Notes under the pieces: generated by a model
Database searches by the model: none
Told to the model about the DNA's origin: nothing
The model's input: only the letters and a program-made list of their open reading frames with translations
Made by a program: the position numbers and the translations under genes
Shown here: one piece after another, positions 24,327-24,360 of the stretch
Position numbering within the stretch: the stretch's first letter is position 1
How the letters are laid out: every line of letters begins with the position of its first letter
Origin: a virus
Lineage: Duplodnaviria > Caudoviricetes
Length of the DNA stretch: 24,360 nt
Strand: one strand, 5' to 3'
Virus record (IMG/VR): IMGVR_UViG_3300025818_000181
Location: 1-24,360 of that record

Positions 24327-24360
24327 AGTATTCCTCGACCTGTTGGCAAAACTTAGCTTG

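Larger units (their letters stand above)
1..24360. mobile_element. Podovirus-type tailed phage genome segment (packaging, head, tail, ejection and tail-fibre modules plus small early-like cassette)
   Basis: Contiguous co-oriented terS-terL-portal-scaffold-capsid-tail tubular A/B-internal virion-tail fibre genes with frequent start/stop overlaps; no host genes seen. Confidence 0.97.

Overview
The whole window is part of a podovirus-type tailed phage genome, BPP-1/epsilon15/T7-like in gene order. The tail-fibre motifs suggest a marine phage and an alphaproteobacterial host is plausible (inference). The minus strand carries a complete morphogenesis operon: terS, small ORF, terL, two small virion-associated genes, portal, Bbp19-like gene, scaffold, major capsid, cement-like gene, tail tubular A and B, GNAT acetyltransferase, four internal (ejection) proteins, and a tail fibre that runs off the left edge and is missing from the ORF track. 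A five-gene plus-strand cassette with two operator-overlapped sigma70-like promoters lies between terS and an HTH-type regulator at the right end. Main observations: (1) a 28-bp XerC/XerD dif-like site with a perfect XerD arm between terS and terL; (2) a 1116-aa ejection protein carrying a ParB/Srx-like domain, clamp-binding-like motifs and a zeta-toxin-like kinase; (3) the only two cysteines in about 3000 aa of ejection proteins flank the junction of two overlapping genes; (4) a lambda pR'/tR'-like promoter-pause-terminator leader before terS; (5) a twice-repeated RNA internal-loop motif before the capsid gene. All family calls come from motif recognition and synteny, not database searches.
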